The notes below the pieces were generated by a model that did no database searches, was not told the origin of the DNA, and worked only from the letters and a program-made list of their open reading frames with translations. From NCBI GenBank assembly GCA_041586155.1, contig JBFHAT010000009.1, positions 20,826 to 84,825 on the forward strand: a DNA stretch of 64,000 nt. The letters run 5' to 3'. Shown piece by piece: positions 20,831 through 31,079 of the stretch. Each line of letters starts with the position of its first letter. The stretch's first letter is position 1. This stretch comes from Acidimicrobiia bacterium. Its GTDB lineage: Bacteria > Actinomycetota > Acidimicrobiia > Spongiisociales > JAENVV01. A program made the translations under genes and the position numbers.

Positions 20831-20894
20831 TGCAGCGGGGCCGTCCGCGACGGCGAGCTCGAGCCTGACGGCGGGGTCCTCGCCAGGAGCGGCG

Positions 20895-21488
20895 TTGGTC
20901 GGCCTTGCCAAAGAGGCGAAGGCCTTGGGCGACGGCCGCGTGCTGCTCGGCGTTGCCGGTCCGCCTGGCGCCGGCAAGAGCACGTTCGCCGCCCGTCTGG
21001 CCGCCACGATCGGACCGGAAGCCGTCGTGGCGCCCATGGACGGATTCCATCGGTCGCACGAGGACCTCGAGCGCTGTGGGCTCCATTCGCTGAAAGGCAT
21101 TCCCGAGTCGTTCAATGCCGAAGCGTTCGTGGGCGCTGTCGAAGAGGTGCGCAGTCCCGGCGAACATTCGTGGCCGGCCTACGACCGGTCGGTGGAGAAG
21201 ACGGCGCCGGGAGCGATCAGCATCAACGCCGGGCACAGGTTGGTGATCGTCGAAGGGAACTACCTGTTACTGCCTACCCAGCCGTGGGTGCGATTGCAGG
21301 ACGTCTTCGACGCCGTCTGGTACCTCGACGTGGATCTCGCGACGATCCGGGAGCGCCTCATCGAGCGTCAGCAGGCCGATCGCAGCTTGGAGGACGCCCT
21401 GGCCAAGGTGGAGTCGACCGACTTGCCGAATGCCCGACTCGTCGCCGGCACGAAGCATCGAGCGCACCGAATCATCGACGAGTGGTAA
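20895..21488 (+). CDS. Uridine-kinase / phosphoribulokinase-family P-loop nucleoside kinase
   Basis: Walker A GVAGPPGAGKST. 197 aa. Confidence 0.5.
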   Translation: MVGLAKEAKALGDGRVLLGVAGPPGAGKSTFAARLAATIGPEAVVAPMDGFHRSHEDLERCGLHSLKGIPESFNAEAFVGAVEEVRSPGEHSWPAYDRSVEKTAPGAISINAGHRLVIVEGNYLLLPTQPWVRLQDVFDAVWYLDVDLATIRERLIERQQADRSLEDALAKVESTDLPNARLVAGTKHRAHRIIDEW

Positions 21489-21524
21489 GCACAGCGTCTC
21501 GGAGACTGCTGCAAGAATGACCCG

Positions 21525-22304
21525 ATGAGACCCAACCCTCTTCGACGCGCCTGGGCCGATGGCGAGGTGGCCCTCGGCGGCTGGCTGGCCATGCCGACCT
21601 CGATAGCGGCGGAGGCGATGGCCGCCCTCGACCTCGACTACGTATGCGTTGACACGCAGCACGGGCTGGTCGGATACGACGCATCGGTTCCCATGCTCCA
21701 AGCGATCACCCTCGGCACGGCAACCCCGGTCGTCCGGGTGCCGTGGAACGAGCCCGGCAGCATCGGCAAAGCGCTCGACGCCGGGGCGATGGCGGTGATC
21801 GTCCCCATGATCAACGACGCCGACGAAGCCGGCGCCGCGCTGAGCGCCACCCGCTACCCGCCTGCCGGCGGTCGCAGCTTTGGGCCGGGACGGGCCCAGC
21901 CGGTCGAAGGCGACGACTACTTCGAACGCGCCAACATCGACGTGGCTTGCATCCCCATGATCGAGACCTCCAGAGGAGTCGAACGTATCGACGACATCCT
22001 GACCATCGAAGGCGTCGATGCGATCTACGTCGGGCCCGCCGACTTGGCGGTGAGCCTCGGAGAGGTCCCTCGCACCAACGGTCCCGCCCTCAACGAGGCG
22101 CTGGATCGCATCGTGGCCGCATGCCGCCAACACGGGGTCGTTCCGGGTATCCACGGGAGCGCCGATCTACTACCTCAGCGAGTCGAGCAGGGCTTTCGGA
22201 TGGTGACCGTGGTGTCGGATCTGGTGGCTCTCCGTGTCAAGCTGGCGGCGGATGTGGCACAGGCGCGTGGCCTGGACGCCGAGGCTTCGAATTCGCTCTA
22301 CTGA
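21525..22304 (+). CDS. HpcH/HpaI-family 2-keto-3-deoxy-acid aldolase
   Basis: 259 aa. Family-typical DYVCVDTQHG ... PMIND (divalent-metal pyruvate aldolase). Confidence 0.7.
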   Translation: MRPNPLRRAWADGEVALGGWLAMPTSIAAEAMAALDLDYVCVDTQHGLVGYDASVPMLQAITLGTATPVVRVPWNEPGSIGKALDAGAMAVIVPMINDADEAGAALSATRYPPAGGRSFGPGRAQPVEGDDYFERANIDVACIPMIETSRGVERIDDILTIEGVDAIYVGPADLAVSLGEVPRTNGPALNEALDRIVAACRQHGVVPGIHGSADLLPQRVEQGFRMVTVVSDLVALRVKLAADVAQARGLDAEASNSLY

Positions 22305-22348
22305 TCGGGCGCTTCCGGTCGGAGAAGCCAACCCGGAAGCCATTCCGA

Positions 22349-25021
22349 TCAGCCGCCGAGTGCCACGTGGGCGGCGGCGAGGCGAGCGATCGGCACGCGA
22401 AATGGAGAGCAGCTCACGTAGTCGAGGCCCGTTTCGTGAAAGAAGGCGATCGATGCCGGGTCGCCTCCTTGCTCGCCGCATACCCCGACCTTGAGATCGG
22501 GCCTTGCGGCCCGGCCCCGGGTGACGCCGATCTGGACGAGTTCGCCGACACCTTCGCGATCGATCGAGCGGAATGGATCGTCGTCGATGAGGCCGCGACG
22601 GATGTAGCCGGGTAGGAAACGTCCGGCGTCATCACGTGACAGCCCGACGGTGCTCTGCGTCAGATCGTTGGTGCCGAACGAGAAGAACTCAGCGCGCTCG
22701 GCAATCTGTCCGGCCGCCAGCGCCGCCCGTGGCAGCTCGATCATGGTGCCCACCGTGAATTCGATGGTGATGCCGTGTTCGTCAAAGACTTTCTGGGCCG
22801 TCTCGCGGACGATCTTCTCCTGCGACGCGAACTCCGAAGCGAACGCCACCAGCGGAACCATCACTTCCGGTTGCACTGTCACTCCTCGATCGGCACAGTT
22901 CACCGCAGCGGTGAACAGCGCCCGCGCCTGCATCTCGGTGATCTCCGGGTAGGCGATACCCAGCCTGCAACCGCGATGTCCGAGCATCGGATTGGCCTCG
23001 GCCAACCGTTCGATCCTGTCCAGGACCGTTTCCAGCTCGTTGATCTCGTTGAGCAAGGAGTTGATCGTGTCCAGGTCGCCTGCCTCCCTCAGCTTCAGCT
23101 TCAGGTTGGTGATCTGGATGATCGTTTCGGTGCGATCGGGCAAGAACTCGTGGAGGGGAGGATCCAACAACCGGATGGTCACCGGATAGCCGTCCATGGC
23201 CTCGAAGATTCCCTCGAAATCCTTTGTCTGGAGCGGCAGGAGATGGCCAAGCGCATCGGCGCGTGCGACGGCATTGGGTGCCATGATCATCTCTCGCATC
23301 GCGGCGGTGCGGTCTTCGCCGAAGAACATGTGCTCGGTTCGGCAGAGGCCGATGCCCTCGGCGCCGAACCCGCGGGCGACGCCGGCGTCGTGCGGGGTGT
23401 CGGCATTGGTGCGAACCCGGAGGGTGCGGAACTGGTCCGCCCACGACATGAGCGTCGCATAGTCCTCGTCGAGTTCAGGGCTGGCCGTGTCGACCTTGCC
23501 GAGGTACACCTGGCCCGTTGTGCCGTCGACGGTGATCCAGTCTCCCTTGGTGACCTCCAGGGTGCTCGTGCGGAAGAGCTGTTCGCCGTAGTCGACCTCG
23601 ATGTCCCCACAGCCCACCACGCAGCTCTTGCCCATGCCCCGGGCCACCACCGCAGCATGGGACGTGACACCCCCACGCGTCGTCACGATCGCCTGAGCGG
23701 CGACCATACCGTGGAAGTCGTCGGGACTCGTCTCATGCCTGACGAGGACCACTTGTGCTCCCGTCTCGGCCAATTCCTCCGCCTCGTCGGGGTCGAACAC
23801 GACGATGCCGGCTGCACCGCCGGGAGACGCCGGCAATCCCGTGGCCAGCACGACATCATCGTCGGACGGCTTCACGACCGGATGAAGGAGCTCGTCGAGC
23901 CGGTCGGGTGTCACCCGCAGCACCGCCTCCTCTCGGTTGATGATTCCTTCTCGCTCGAAATCCACCGTGATGCGCACGGCCGAGCGTGCGGTGCGCTTCC
24001 CGGTACGGGTTTGCAGCATCCAGAGCTTCCCCTGCTCGACGGTGAATTCGATGTCCTGCATGTCGCGGTAGTGCGACTCGAGTCTGCCGGCGATTTCGGT
24101 CAACTGGCGGTGGGCGTCGGGGATCTGCTCGGCCATCACGTCGAGGGACAGCGGGGTGCGGATCCCGGCGACGACGTCTTCGCCTTGGGCGTTGGGAAGA
24201 TACTCTCCATATAGACGGCGCTCTCCGGTGGTGGGGTCCCGAGTGAATGCCACCCCGGTGCCGGAGTGTTCTCCGGAATTGCCGAAGACCATGGTTTGCA
24301 CGTTCACCGCAGTCCCGAGATCATCGGGGATGCCGTTGGCTCGTCGGTAGTCGACCGCCCGGCGCCCCATCCACGAGTCGAACACCGCAGCGATGGCCAG
24401 CTGCAGCTGTTCGCGAGGATCGTCCGGAATGGGTCGCCTGGCGTGGCCGAAGATGATGTGCTGAAGCCGGTCGATGGCGGTTCGTTCCGTCTCGGTCGTC
24501 ACCTCACCCGAACCGTGCACGGAGGCGACAGCCGCTGCCAGACGGTCGTGGGGGACGTGAAAGACGATGTCGCCGAACATCTGGACGAACCGCCGGTAGG
24601 ACTGCCAGGCGAAGCGTTCGTTGCCCGTCTGGGCGGCGAGCGCTTCGACCGTGGTGTCGTTGAGCCCGAGATTGAGCACCGTGTCCATCATCCCCGGCAT
24701 CGAGATCTTGGCCCCCGACCGAACCGACAGGAGGAGAGGAGACTCGGTGCCGCCGAACTTCTTGCCGGTCGTTTGTTCCAGCTCTTCGAGCGCCCGGTCG
24801 ACTTCTTTCCACATCCCGTCGGGGAAGACCTTGTGGCTGTCGTTGTACTGGCGGCACGCGTCGGTGGTGATCACGAATCCAGGCGGTACGGGAAATCCGG
24901 CGCGACACATGTCGACCAAGCCTGCCCCTTTGCCTCCCACCAGATCCTTGGTGACAGGCTCGGATGTGCTGAACGCGTATACCCAGCTCACGAGGCGATG
25001 CCCTCCCTTCGATGTTCGCAT
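22349..25021 (-). CDS. ppdK: Pyruvate, phosphate dikinase
   Basis: 890 aa. N-terminus VYAF...LVGGKGAGL, phospho-His domain GGVTSHAAVVARGMGKSCVVG, C-terminal PEP-utilising TIM barrel. ATG 25021. Confidence 0.9.
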   Translation of the reverse strand: MRTSKGGHRLVSWVYAFSTSEPVTKDLVGGKGAGLVDMCRAGFPVPPGFVITTDACRQYNDSHKVFPDGMWKEVDRALEELEQTTGKKFGGTESPLLLSVRSGAKISMPGMMDTVLNLGLNDTTVEALAAQTGNERFAWQSYRRFVQMFGDIVFHVPHDRLAAAVASVHGSGEVTTETERTAIDRLQHIIFGHARRPIPDDPREQLQLAIAAVFDSWMGRRAVDYRRANGIPDDLGTAVNVQTMVFGNSGEHSGTGVAFTRDPTTGERRLYGEYLPNAQGEDVVAGIRTPLSLDVMAEQIPDAHRQLTEIAGRLESHYRDMQDIEFTVEQGKLWMLQTRTGKRTARSAVRITVDFEREGIINREEAVLRVTPDRLDELLHPVVKPSDDDVVLATGLPASPGGAAGIVVFDPDEAEELAETGAQVVLVRHETSPDDFHGMVAAQAIVTTRGGVTSHAAVVARGMGKSCVVGCGDIEVDYGEQLFRTSTLEVTKGDWITVDGTTGQVYLGKVDTASPELDEDYATLMSWADQFRTLRVRTNADTPHDAGVARGFGAEGIGLCRTEHMFFGEDRTAAMREMIMAPNAVARADALGHLLPLQTKDFEGIFEAMDGYPVTIRLLDPPLHEFLPDRTETIIQITNLKLKLREAGDLDTINSLLNEINELETVLDRIERLAEANPMLGHRGCRLGIAYPEITEMQARALFTAAVNCADRGVTVQPEVMVPLVAFASEFASQEKIVRETAQKVFDEHGITIEFTVGTMIELPRAALAAGQIAERAEFFSFGTNDLTQSTVGLSRDDAGRFLPGYIRRGLIDDDPFRSIDREGVGELVQIGVTRGRAARPDLKVGVCGEQGGDPASIAFFHETGLDYVSCSPFRVPIARLAAAHVALGG

Positions 25022-25058
25022 GGCGGCCGCAGGGGCGACCTCGTTTCTAGTCGTTCGG

Positions 25059-25901
25059 TCACGGGTTGGCTCCCAGCGCTCCCAGAACCATGAGATCGTT
25101 CACCGGCTCGGAGATGTTGCACGTGCCGACCGCATGGAATATCCGTCGGACGGCGGCAGGTGGGACATTCTCGCCGTGCGCCCTCCATGTGGCCGTCGCA
25201 GCTTCGAACTCCGCGGGATCCTCCGCCGAGAGAATGGGGATGAGATCCACGGCAGGGTCGGCCAACCGCGCCCGCGTCGCGGCGAGCAGATTCATGAACC
25301 CGTGCTCGGTGGCACCTTCGACGGTCGAGGGGTGACGGAAGGGGTTATGGAGACCGGCGGTGGCCTTGTATGGGACGTCATGTGCGATGCAGTCGGCGAT
25401 GAAACGGGCAACGTCTTCCACCGAAGGAAACGCAGATGGCTCCTCGCCGCCCGTCCGAATCTTCGCCCTCACGTCGAACCCTGCTTGGCGAGCGTGGGCG
25501 ATACGGTTCACCATCTCATGGTCGGGAGCGAACGCCGCCTCATAGAACGCAGCCACGCCCGCCGGGGGGAGTCGAATCGGTTCATCCGGAGAGACCCGAG
25601 CCTCCACTTGGATCGGATCACGGGCGAACGCACCCATCTCGACGTCGAGGATCACTCCGAAAGGGATCGTGGCGTCGCTGAAGTCGTCGAGTTGCGACGC
25701 CCGCAGAAGGAAGGGGCCGAGCAGCCAGCCGTTCTCGCCAGATCGAGCTGCTCGGTAGTCGACCAGAGCGCTGTCCAGGGGCAACGAGGCAGGCGGGAAC
25801 ACGCCTGCGTAGTCGAAGAACTGCTTGAACAAGTCGTTGGCCACGCTTCTCGCGAAGCCTAGGCGGGGAGGGCGAGGGAGCACCCCATCAGGACAGGACA
25901 C
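25059..25901 (-). CDS. Hypothetical protein
   Basis: 280-aa ORF with coding-like composition (KATAGLHNPFRH segment). Start uncertain. Divergent from the riboswitch. Confidence 0.35.
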   Translation of the reverse strand: MSCPDGVLPRPPRLGFARSVANDLFKQFFDYAGVFPPASLPLDSALVDYRAARSGENGWLLGPFLLRASQLDDFSDATIPFGVILDVEMGAFARDPIQVEARVSPDEPIRLPPAGVAAFYEAAFAPDHEMVNRIAHARQAGFDVRAKIRTGGEEPSAFPSVEDVARFIADCIAHDVPYKATAGLHNPFRHPSTVEGATEHGFMNLLAATRARLADPAVDLIPILSAEDPAEFEAATATWRAHGENVPPAAVRRIFHAVGTCNISEPVNDLMVLGALGANP

Positions 25902-25924
25902 GCCGTGCTACGCTCCCACCACTC

Positions 25925-26095
25925 TCACAGCATCTGTGAAGCGTCACGAGATCAGCGAAGCCGGTGCGAATCCGGCGCTGTCCCGCAACTGTGTTGCCCG
26001 CAAGGCTGAGCCAGGTCGCCTGATTCGAGACGGTGGAACGTGCCTCCGGAGGAGGGGCCCAACCACGGTCGCGGTCTCCTCCACCAAACGAGGAG
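25925..26095 (+). promoter_or_regulatory. Cobalamin (B12) riboswitch with SD-sequestering expression platform
   Basis: gcgaagccggtgcgaatccggcgctgtcccgcaactgtg matches the conserved GGGAAnccGGUGnnAAuCCggnGCnGnCCCGCnACUGU core. B12-box-like agccaggtcgcctg follows. tctcctcc can pair with the RBS gaggagga just before ATG 26103. Downstream genes are a B12/siderophore-type ABC importer and a corrinoid adenosyltransferase. Confidence 0.7.
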
Positions 26096-26102
26096 GACGC
26101 CG

Positions 26103-27116
26103 ATGACACGAACTGCCCGCTGGCTGCTCCTGGTGGTCCTGCTCGCCGCATGCGGCGTGGAGGCATCCCCGGAGGGCCCGGCTCCCACCGACCCGCCCCC
26201 GGCGAGCGAACCGGCTGCGACGAGCACGGTCGCAACGACATCACCGTCCGCAACGAGTGATCCGACCACCACGACCACCACACCCGCAGCGTTCCCCGTC
26301 ATCGTGGCGACGAGCGCCGGGGACGTAGAGGTCCCGGCCCGGCCCGTCGCGATCGTGTCGTTGTCTCCGACGGCCACCGAGATGCTGTTCGCCGTCGGCG
26401 CCGGCGATCAAGTGGTGGCGGCAGACTCGTTCTCCAACTTCCCCCCTGAAGCGCCGACCACCGACCTGGCTGCCATCACCCCGAACATCGAAGCGATCCT
26501 CGCGTTCAATCCCGACCTGGTCGTCGCCTCATTCGATCCTGGCGATCTGGTGTCGGGGCTCGCTGCGGCCGGAGTGCCCGTCATCATCCAAGACGCAGCA
26601 GTGGTGCTGGACGACGTCTACGTCCAGATGGAACAGCTGGGTCTCGCCACCGGAAACCCCGAACCGGCCGACGATGCGATTGCGGAGATCCGTTCCCGGA
26701 TCGATCGAGCGGTGGCGTCGGTCCCCGACCTCGACCAGCCTCTGACCTACTACCACGAGTTGGACTCGTCGTTCTTCACTGCGACCTCACAAACGTTCAT
26801 CGGCGAGATCTACGGACTGCTCGGTCTCGAGAACATCGCCGATGCGGCCGATGCCGACGGGACCGCCTTCGGCTTCCCACAGTTGTCGGAGGAGTTCATC
26901 ATCGAAGCGGATCCCGACCTGATCTTCTTGGCCGACACCATATGCTGTGGCCAGACATCGGAGACGGTCGCCTCCCGACCTGGCTGGGAGAGTCTCACCG
27001 CAGTAGTGGAGGGACAGGTGATCGAGCTCGACGACGACATCGCATCGCGTTGGGGTCCCCGCATCGTCGACTATCTCGAGATCGTCGCCGCAGCGGTGGC
27101 GGAGGCGGCGGGCTGA
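26103..27116 (+). CDS. ABC transporter periplasmic substrate-binding lipoprotein, BtuF/FecB class (cobalamin/siderophore)
   Basis: ATG 26103 after RBS ggagga. Lipobox LLAACG. Class III SBP-like. Confidence 0.75.
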   Translation: MTRTARWLLLVVLLAACGVEASPEGPAPTDPPPASEPAATSTVATTSPSATSDPTTTTTTPAAFPVIVATSAGDVEVPARPVAIVSLSPTATEMLFAVGAGDQVVAADSFSNFPPEAPTTDLAAITPNIEAILAFNPDLVVASFDPGDLVSGLAAAGVPVIIQDAAVVLDDVYVQMEQLGLATGNPEPADDAIAEIRSRIDRAVASVPDLDQPLTYYHELDSSFFTATSQTFIGEIYGLLGLENIADAADADGTAFGFPQLSEEFIIEADPDLIFLADTICCGQTSETVASRPGWESLTAVVEGQVIELDDDIASRWGPRIVDYLEIVAAAVAEAAG

Positions 27117-27118
27117 CC

Positions 27119-28144
27119 GTGACCTCGCACCCCTCCCGTCTCCCGGCGCGTTGGGTGGTGACGGCGTCGGCCTTGGTGGCGATTGCCGCTGCCGTGGGGG
27201 TCATGGTGGGGCCTGCCTCGTTGACGGTCGGCAACATCATCGGCGCCGTCGGGGATCGATGGTTGGGGATCGAGGCGACTGTGCCCCTCACTCCGGCACA
27301 GGACGCGATCTTGTGGGACATCCGCCTCCCGCGGGTCGTGCTTGGCATGATCGTCGGCGGAGGGCTGGCGGTCTCCGGAGCGGCATATCAGGGCGTCTTC
27401 CGCAACCCTCTTGCCGACCCCTTCCTCTTGGGAGTGGCGGCCGGTGCCGGCCTCGGGGCCACGATCGGAATCGTGTTCGGCCTGGATCGAGCGCTCCTAC
27501 CGCTGCTCGCATTCGTCGGAGCGGTCGCCGGGGTGAGCGCCGCCTATCTCCTGGGATTCTCGCTTCGCACCGGCCGCTCGGCCGGGGCGCTTCTCCTCGC
27601 CGGTGTGGCGGTGGCCGCCTTCCTGACGGCGGTCCAGACATACCTGCAGCAGCTCAATTCGGATGCATTGCGCGACGTGTATTCGTGGATCCTCGGTCGC
27701 CTCTCGACGACCGGCTGGAGAGAAGTGGTGTTGGTGCTCCCGTACGTCGCCATCGGCATCGCCGTGTTGCTCGCTTCACGGCGCTGGCTCGACGTACTCG
27801 CTTTGGGCGACGAGGAGGCGTCCGCACTCGGTCTTGATGTGGGCAAGACCCGAACGGTGGTCATCGCGGCCGCCACCCTCGTGACGGCGGCATCCGTTGC
27901 CGTGTCCGGGTTGATCGCCTTCGTTGGGATCATCGTGCCCCACATCCTCCGGCTGCTGGTAGGGACGAGCTACCGGCGGCTCATTCCTCTGTCCATCCTC
28001 GGCGGCGGGGCGTTTCTGGCGCTGGCAGACGTGCTGGCGCGGTCGATCCAGCAGCCGGCCGAGTTGCCGATCGGAGTGGTCACTGCGTTCATCGGCGCGC
28101 CGTTCTTCGCCCTGGTGCTCCGCACGTCGGGGCGACAGCCATGA
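27119..28144 (+). CDS. FecCD-family ABC permease (BtuC-like)
   Basis: GTG 27119 three nt after the upstream stop. About 341 aa polytopic protein with FecCD-type motifs. Confidence 0.75.
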   Translation: MTSHPSRLPARWVVTASALVAIAAAVGVMVGPASLTVGNIIGAVGDRWLGIEATVPLTPAQDAILWDIRLPRVVLGMIVGGGLAVSGAAYQGVFRNPLADPFLLGVAAGAGLGATIGIVFGLDRALLPLLAFVGAVAGVSAAYLLGFSLRTGRSAGALLLAGVAVAAFLTAVQTYLQQLNSDALRDVYSWILGRLSTTGWREVVLVLPYVAIGIAVLLASRRWLDVLALGDEEASALGLDVGKTRTVVIAAATLVTAASVAVSGLIAFVGIIVPHILRLLVGTSYRRLIPLSILGGGAFLALADVLARSIQQPAELPIGVVTAFIGAPFFALVLRTSGRQP

Positions 28145-28938
28145 GCCACTTGAGTGCCCAGGGCATCACCGTCGAGGTGGATGGCCGGGTCCTGGTCGAC
28201 TCCTTTGCGTTTGACGCACCGACCGGCTCATGGACGACGATCATCGGACCCAATGGGGCGGGCAAGACCACGCTGATTCGAGCGATGCTCGGTCTCGTCC
28301 GCTATTCCGGCGGTGTCCTACTCGACGGGCGATCAGTGAACGGCCGTGCGCTGGCGCGAAGGGTCGCCTACGTGCCTCAAAGGCCGGAGCGGCCGCCCGG
28401 AATGAGGGTGGTCGATTACGTGACGTTGGGGCGTACGCCACACCTCGGCTATTTCGGCCGAGAATCGGAGCGGGACTGGGCGGCTGTCAACGAAGCGCTC
28501 GCCGTGATGGATCTCGGTGAGCTCGCCGCCCGCGACGTCGCCAGCCTGTCGGGTGGCGAGGCGCAGCGGGTGGCGCTGGCCCGCGCGGTCGCTCAGGAGG
28601 CCACGTTGTTGATTCTCGACGAGCCCACGACGGGGCTCGATATCGGCCGCCAGCAGGAAGTGATGGCGCTGATCGACGGCCTGCGGCGGGCACGCTCACT
28701 CACGGTGATCGCGACGATGCACGATCTGACCATCGCTGCGCAGGTGTCGGATGTCGTCATGCTCATGAACGGCGGCCGTCTCATCCATCGGGGATCGGCG
28801 GGCGACGTGGTCACACCCGACCTCATCGGAGAGCACTACGGTGCGGAGGTGGCAGTGATCACCGACGAGGACGGACACCTCCATGTCATCCCCAAGCGTT
28901 CGGGGACGGCGGGAAGATCGATGATGGAGCAACGATGA
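28141..28938 (+). CDS. ABC transporter ATP-binding protein (BtuD/FecE-like)
   Basis: ATG overlaps the permease stop. Walker A GPNGAGKTT, signature LSGGEAQR, Walker B LLILDEPT. Confidence 0.85.
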   Translation: MSHLSAQGITVEVDGRVLVDSFAFDAPTGSWTTIIGPNGAGKTTLIRAMLGLVRYSGGVLLDGRSVNGRALARRVAYVPQRPERPPGMRVVDYVTLGRTPHLGYFGRESERDWAAVNEALAVMDLGELAARDVASLSGGEAQRVALARAVAQEATLLILDEPTTGLDIGRQQEVMALIDGLRRARSLTVIATMHDLTIAAQVSDVVMLMNGGRLIHRGSAGDVVTPDLIGEHYGAEVAVITDEDGHLHVIPKRSGTAGRSMMEQR

Positions 28939-29498
28939 CCGAGGTTCCTCCCACCGAGATCGAACGCACGCCGTTGCGCACCGTCCCCTCGCTCGTGCTG
29001 GTCAACACGGGCGACGGGAAGGGGAAGACGTCGGCGGCGATAGGCGTCATGATCCGGGCGGTCGCACTGGGCTGGAAGGTGGCGGTGGTTCAGTTCCTCA
29101 AGTCGGGCGACTGGCACTCCGGCGAGGAGGAGGTCGCCCGCCGGCTAGGGGTCGATTGGTGGAGTCTCGGAGATGGCTTCACGTGGGATTCGGATGACCT
29201 CGACGAGTCGGAGGCTGTCGCTCGGGAGGCGTGGAAGCACAGTCAGCAATTGATCAGAGCGGGCCAGCACCGGCTGGTGATCCTGGACGAAATCACTTAT
29301 CCGGTGACTTGGGGCTGGATCGAGGTATCCGAGGTCGTGGACTCCGTGGCCCACCGTCCGCCCAAAGTGAACGTCATGGTCACGGGTCGAGACTGCCCAA
29401 ACGAGCTGATCGATCTGGCCGACACTGTGACGGAGATGGTCTCTGTGAAGCACGCTTTCGATGAAGGAATCGCTGCCAAGAAGGGCATCGACTACTGA
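28935..29498 (+). CDS. cobO: Cob(I)yrinic acid a,c-diamide (cobalamin) adenosyltransferase
   Basis: ATG overlaps the ATPase stop. VNTGDGKGKTSAAIG P-loop typical of CobA/CobO/BtuR. 187 aa. Confidence 0.8.
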   Translation: MTEVPPTEIERTPLRTVPSLVLVNTGDGKGKTSAAIGVMIRAVALGWKVAVVQFLKSGDWHSGEEEVARRLGVDWWSLGDGFTWDSDDLDESEAVAREAWKHSQQLIRAGQHRLVILDEITYPVTWGWIEVSEVVDSVAHRPPKVNVMVTGRDCPNELIDLADTVTEMVSVKHAFDEGIAAKKGIDY

Positions 29499-30217
29499 TC
29501 CGACGTCTTCGGGGAGCGCCCCATCCGCTTGGCGCCCCACACGAGCCGGGGATGAGCGTCGCGCGGCGGCCAGTAGCCATCACGCAGGTAAGCCCAGAAC
29601 TCGAATGGGTTGTTGAAATAGGCAGCCGTTTCGATCAGCTTGCCGAGTTGCTCGCGATCCCGGAGCCACGCCAGCAGACCCCAAGCCAACCCGACGACCA
29701 TCCAGCCCAGGTAGGAGAGCTGAAACAGCGGCCCGAAGGCTCGGTTCTGGAAGACGTGAAGGAATTCGTGGTTGCGAATGAACCGGAGCCGCCGTGCGGG
29801 GGCGCCGTCTCCGTCGAGGCCCACTCGGCCGCCCGCATTCGATACGACATTGCCGACAGAGAAGGCATAGGCGGGCTTCATAGCGAAACCCCCTTCATAG
29901 ACGTGGACGTTGGAGCGGTTCGACAGGTCGAACCGGTACCCGGAATCGCGTCTGGCCGCTTGCACACCGTGCAGGGCGAGGGCGACCGTCGTTCCCACGA
30001 GTGCCCAGGTCGAATCGAGCACGAAGGCGGTCCATCCGCGCCAGGAACGCCAGTGGTAGATCCCCGTGAGACCGGAGATCGCGCCGTTGATCGCAGCCAC
30101 GGGGATCAGCAACCACTCGAGTCCGATGAGGCCGGTCAGGGCCCATGCCAGGCCGCCGCCGCCCGCCGAAGTCAGGAGGGCCTCGACCCAGGCTGAGCTC
30201 GTCGGCCTCCTCGTCAC
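29492..30217 (-). CDS. Polytopic membrane protein with HEXXH motif (putative zinc metalloprotease)
   Basis: GTG 30217 forms a GTGA overlap with the CPBP stop. RNHEFLHVFQ inside a hydrophobic region. The upstream 104 codons of the track ORF overlap the CPBP gene and were discarded. Confidence 0.5.
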   Translation of the reverse strand: MTRRPTSSAWVEALLTSAGGGGLAWALTGLIGLEWLLIPVAAINGAISGLTGIYHWRSWRGWTAFVLDSTWALVGTTVALALHGVQAARRDSGYRFDLSNRSNVHVYEGGFAMKPAYAFSVGNVVSNAGGRVGLDGDGAPARRLRFIRNHEFLHVFQNRAFGPLFQLSYLGWMVVGLAWGLLAWLRDREQLGKLIETAAYFNNPFEFWAYLRDGYWPPRDAHPRLVWGAKRMGRSPKTSDQ

Positions 30218-31050
30218 AGCAGCCCGCGCTGGTACAGCGAGAGGAGATCCATCGAGCCCGCCACGGCGATATGTAACGCCGCGCCCCACCAGATCGAGCG
30301 AGTCTTGAGCGACAGGGTCCCCAGCGCCAGGCCGCCGCCGATCGCTCCCAACGCCTCCATGAGCGGCTTGCCGAAATGAATCATGTTGTAGGGGACGACC
30401 ATCACGAAGATCGCCGCATAGCCGAGCCGCCATTTGAGCCCGTGCACGAGAAAGCCTCGGAAGAAGAACTCGAGGGCCACGAACTGAATGGCGTACAACA
30501 ACCACCAGGCGAACATCCCCGGCCACAACGCCTCTCCCGAAGCCAGATCGTAGAAGGGGTACTTGGACTGAAACGAGGGAGCGAACGACGCCGCCACCAC
30601 CAACGGCGTGACCGCCACCAGCATGATCGTGTAGACCGGCCAGTGTGAGCCGATGCCTCGAACCCTGAGGCCGAAGTCGGCGATGGGCTGATCGAAGGCA
30701 ACGCGGATGGCGATCAGAGGGATGGCGACGTAGGCACCGACCTGCACCGCGGTCCAGATGCCCAGCCGCGTCAGCTGGCTGTCACCGATCAAGCCGGCCA
30801 CCGAGTCGGGATCAGCGCCCAGGCCCGCCGCCAGGCCGGGGACCCATCCCACCCGCTTGGCGTAGAAGTTGATGATGGTCAGCGACAGCGCTGCCACGAC
30901 CAACACCACGACCATCTGGCGGTCGGCTTTGGGTCTGCCCACCCGCAACCGATGGCTGGCGGCCAGCTCCTCCGCATCGCCGGCCACCTCTGTCACGTAC
31001 GAGCGCCAGAGTCCTGTCGGGCGGGCCCGCTCGACCACGGGGATGTCCAT
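30214..31050 (-). CDS. CPBP-family (CAAX-protease-like) intramembrane glutamic endopeptidase
   Basis: ALEFFFRGF (EExxxR motif), MIHFG (FxxxH), HIAVAG. 278 aa polytopic. Confidence 0.65.
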   Translation of the reverse strand: MDIPVVERARPTGLWRSYVTEVAGDAEELAASHRLRVGRPKADRQMVVVLVVAALSLTIINFYAKRVGWVPGLAAGLGADPDSVAGLIGDSQLTRLGIWTAVQVGAYVAIPLIAIRVAFDQPIADFGLRVRGIGSHWPVYTIMLVAVTPLVVAASFAPSFQSKYPFYDLASGEALWPGMFAWWLLYAIQFVALEFFFRGFLVHGLKWRLGYAAIFVMVVPYNMIHFGKPLMEALGAIGGGLALGTLSLKTRSIWWGAALHIAVAGSMDLLSLYQRGLL

Positions 31051-31079
31051 CGGTCGACGTTACCAAGCAGTGGTGAGAA

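Noticed and set aside
21267-22154. 295-aa minus-strand ORF
   Set aside because: Antisense to the HpcH aldolase gene.
22775-24214. 479-aa plus-strand ORF
   Set aside because: Antisense to the well-supported ppdK gene. No domain signal.
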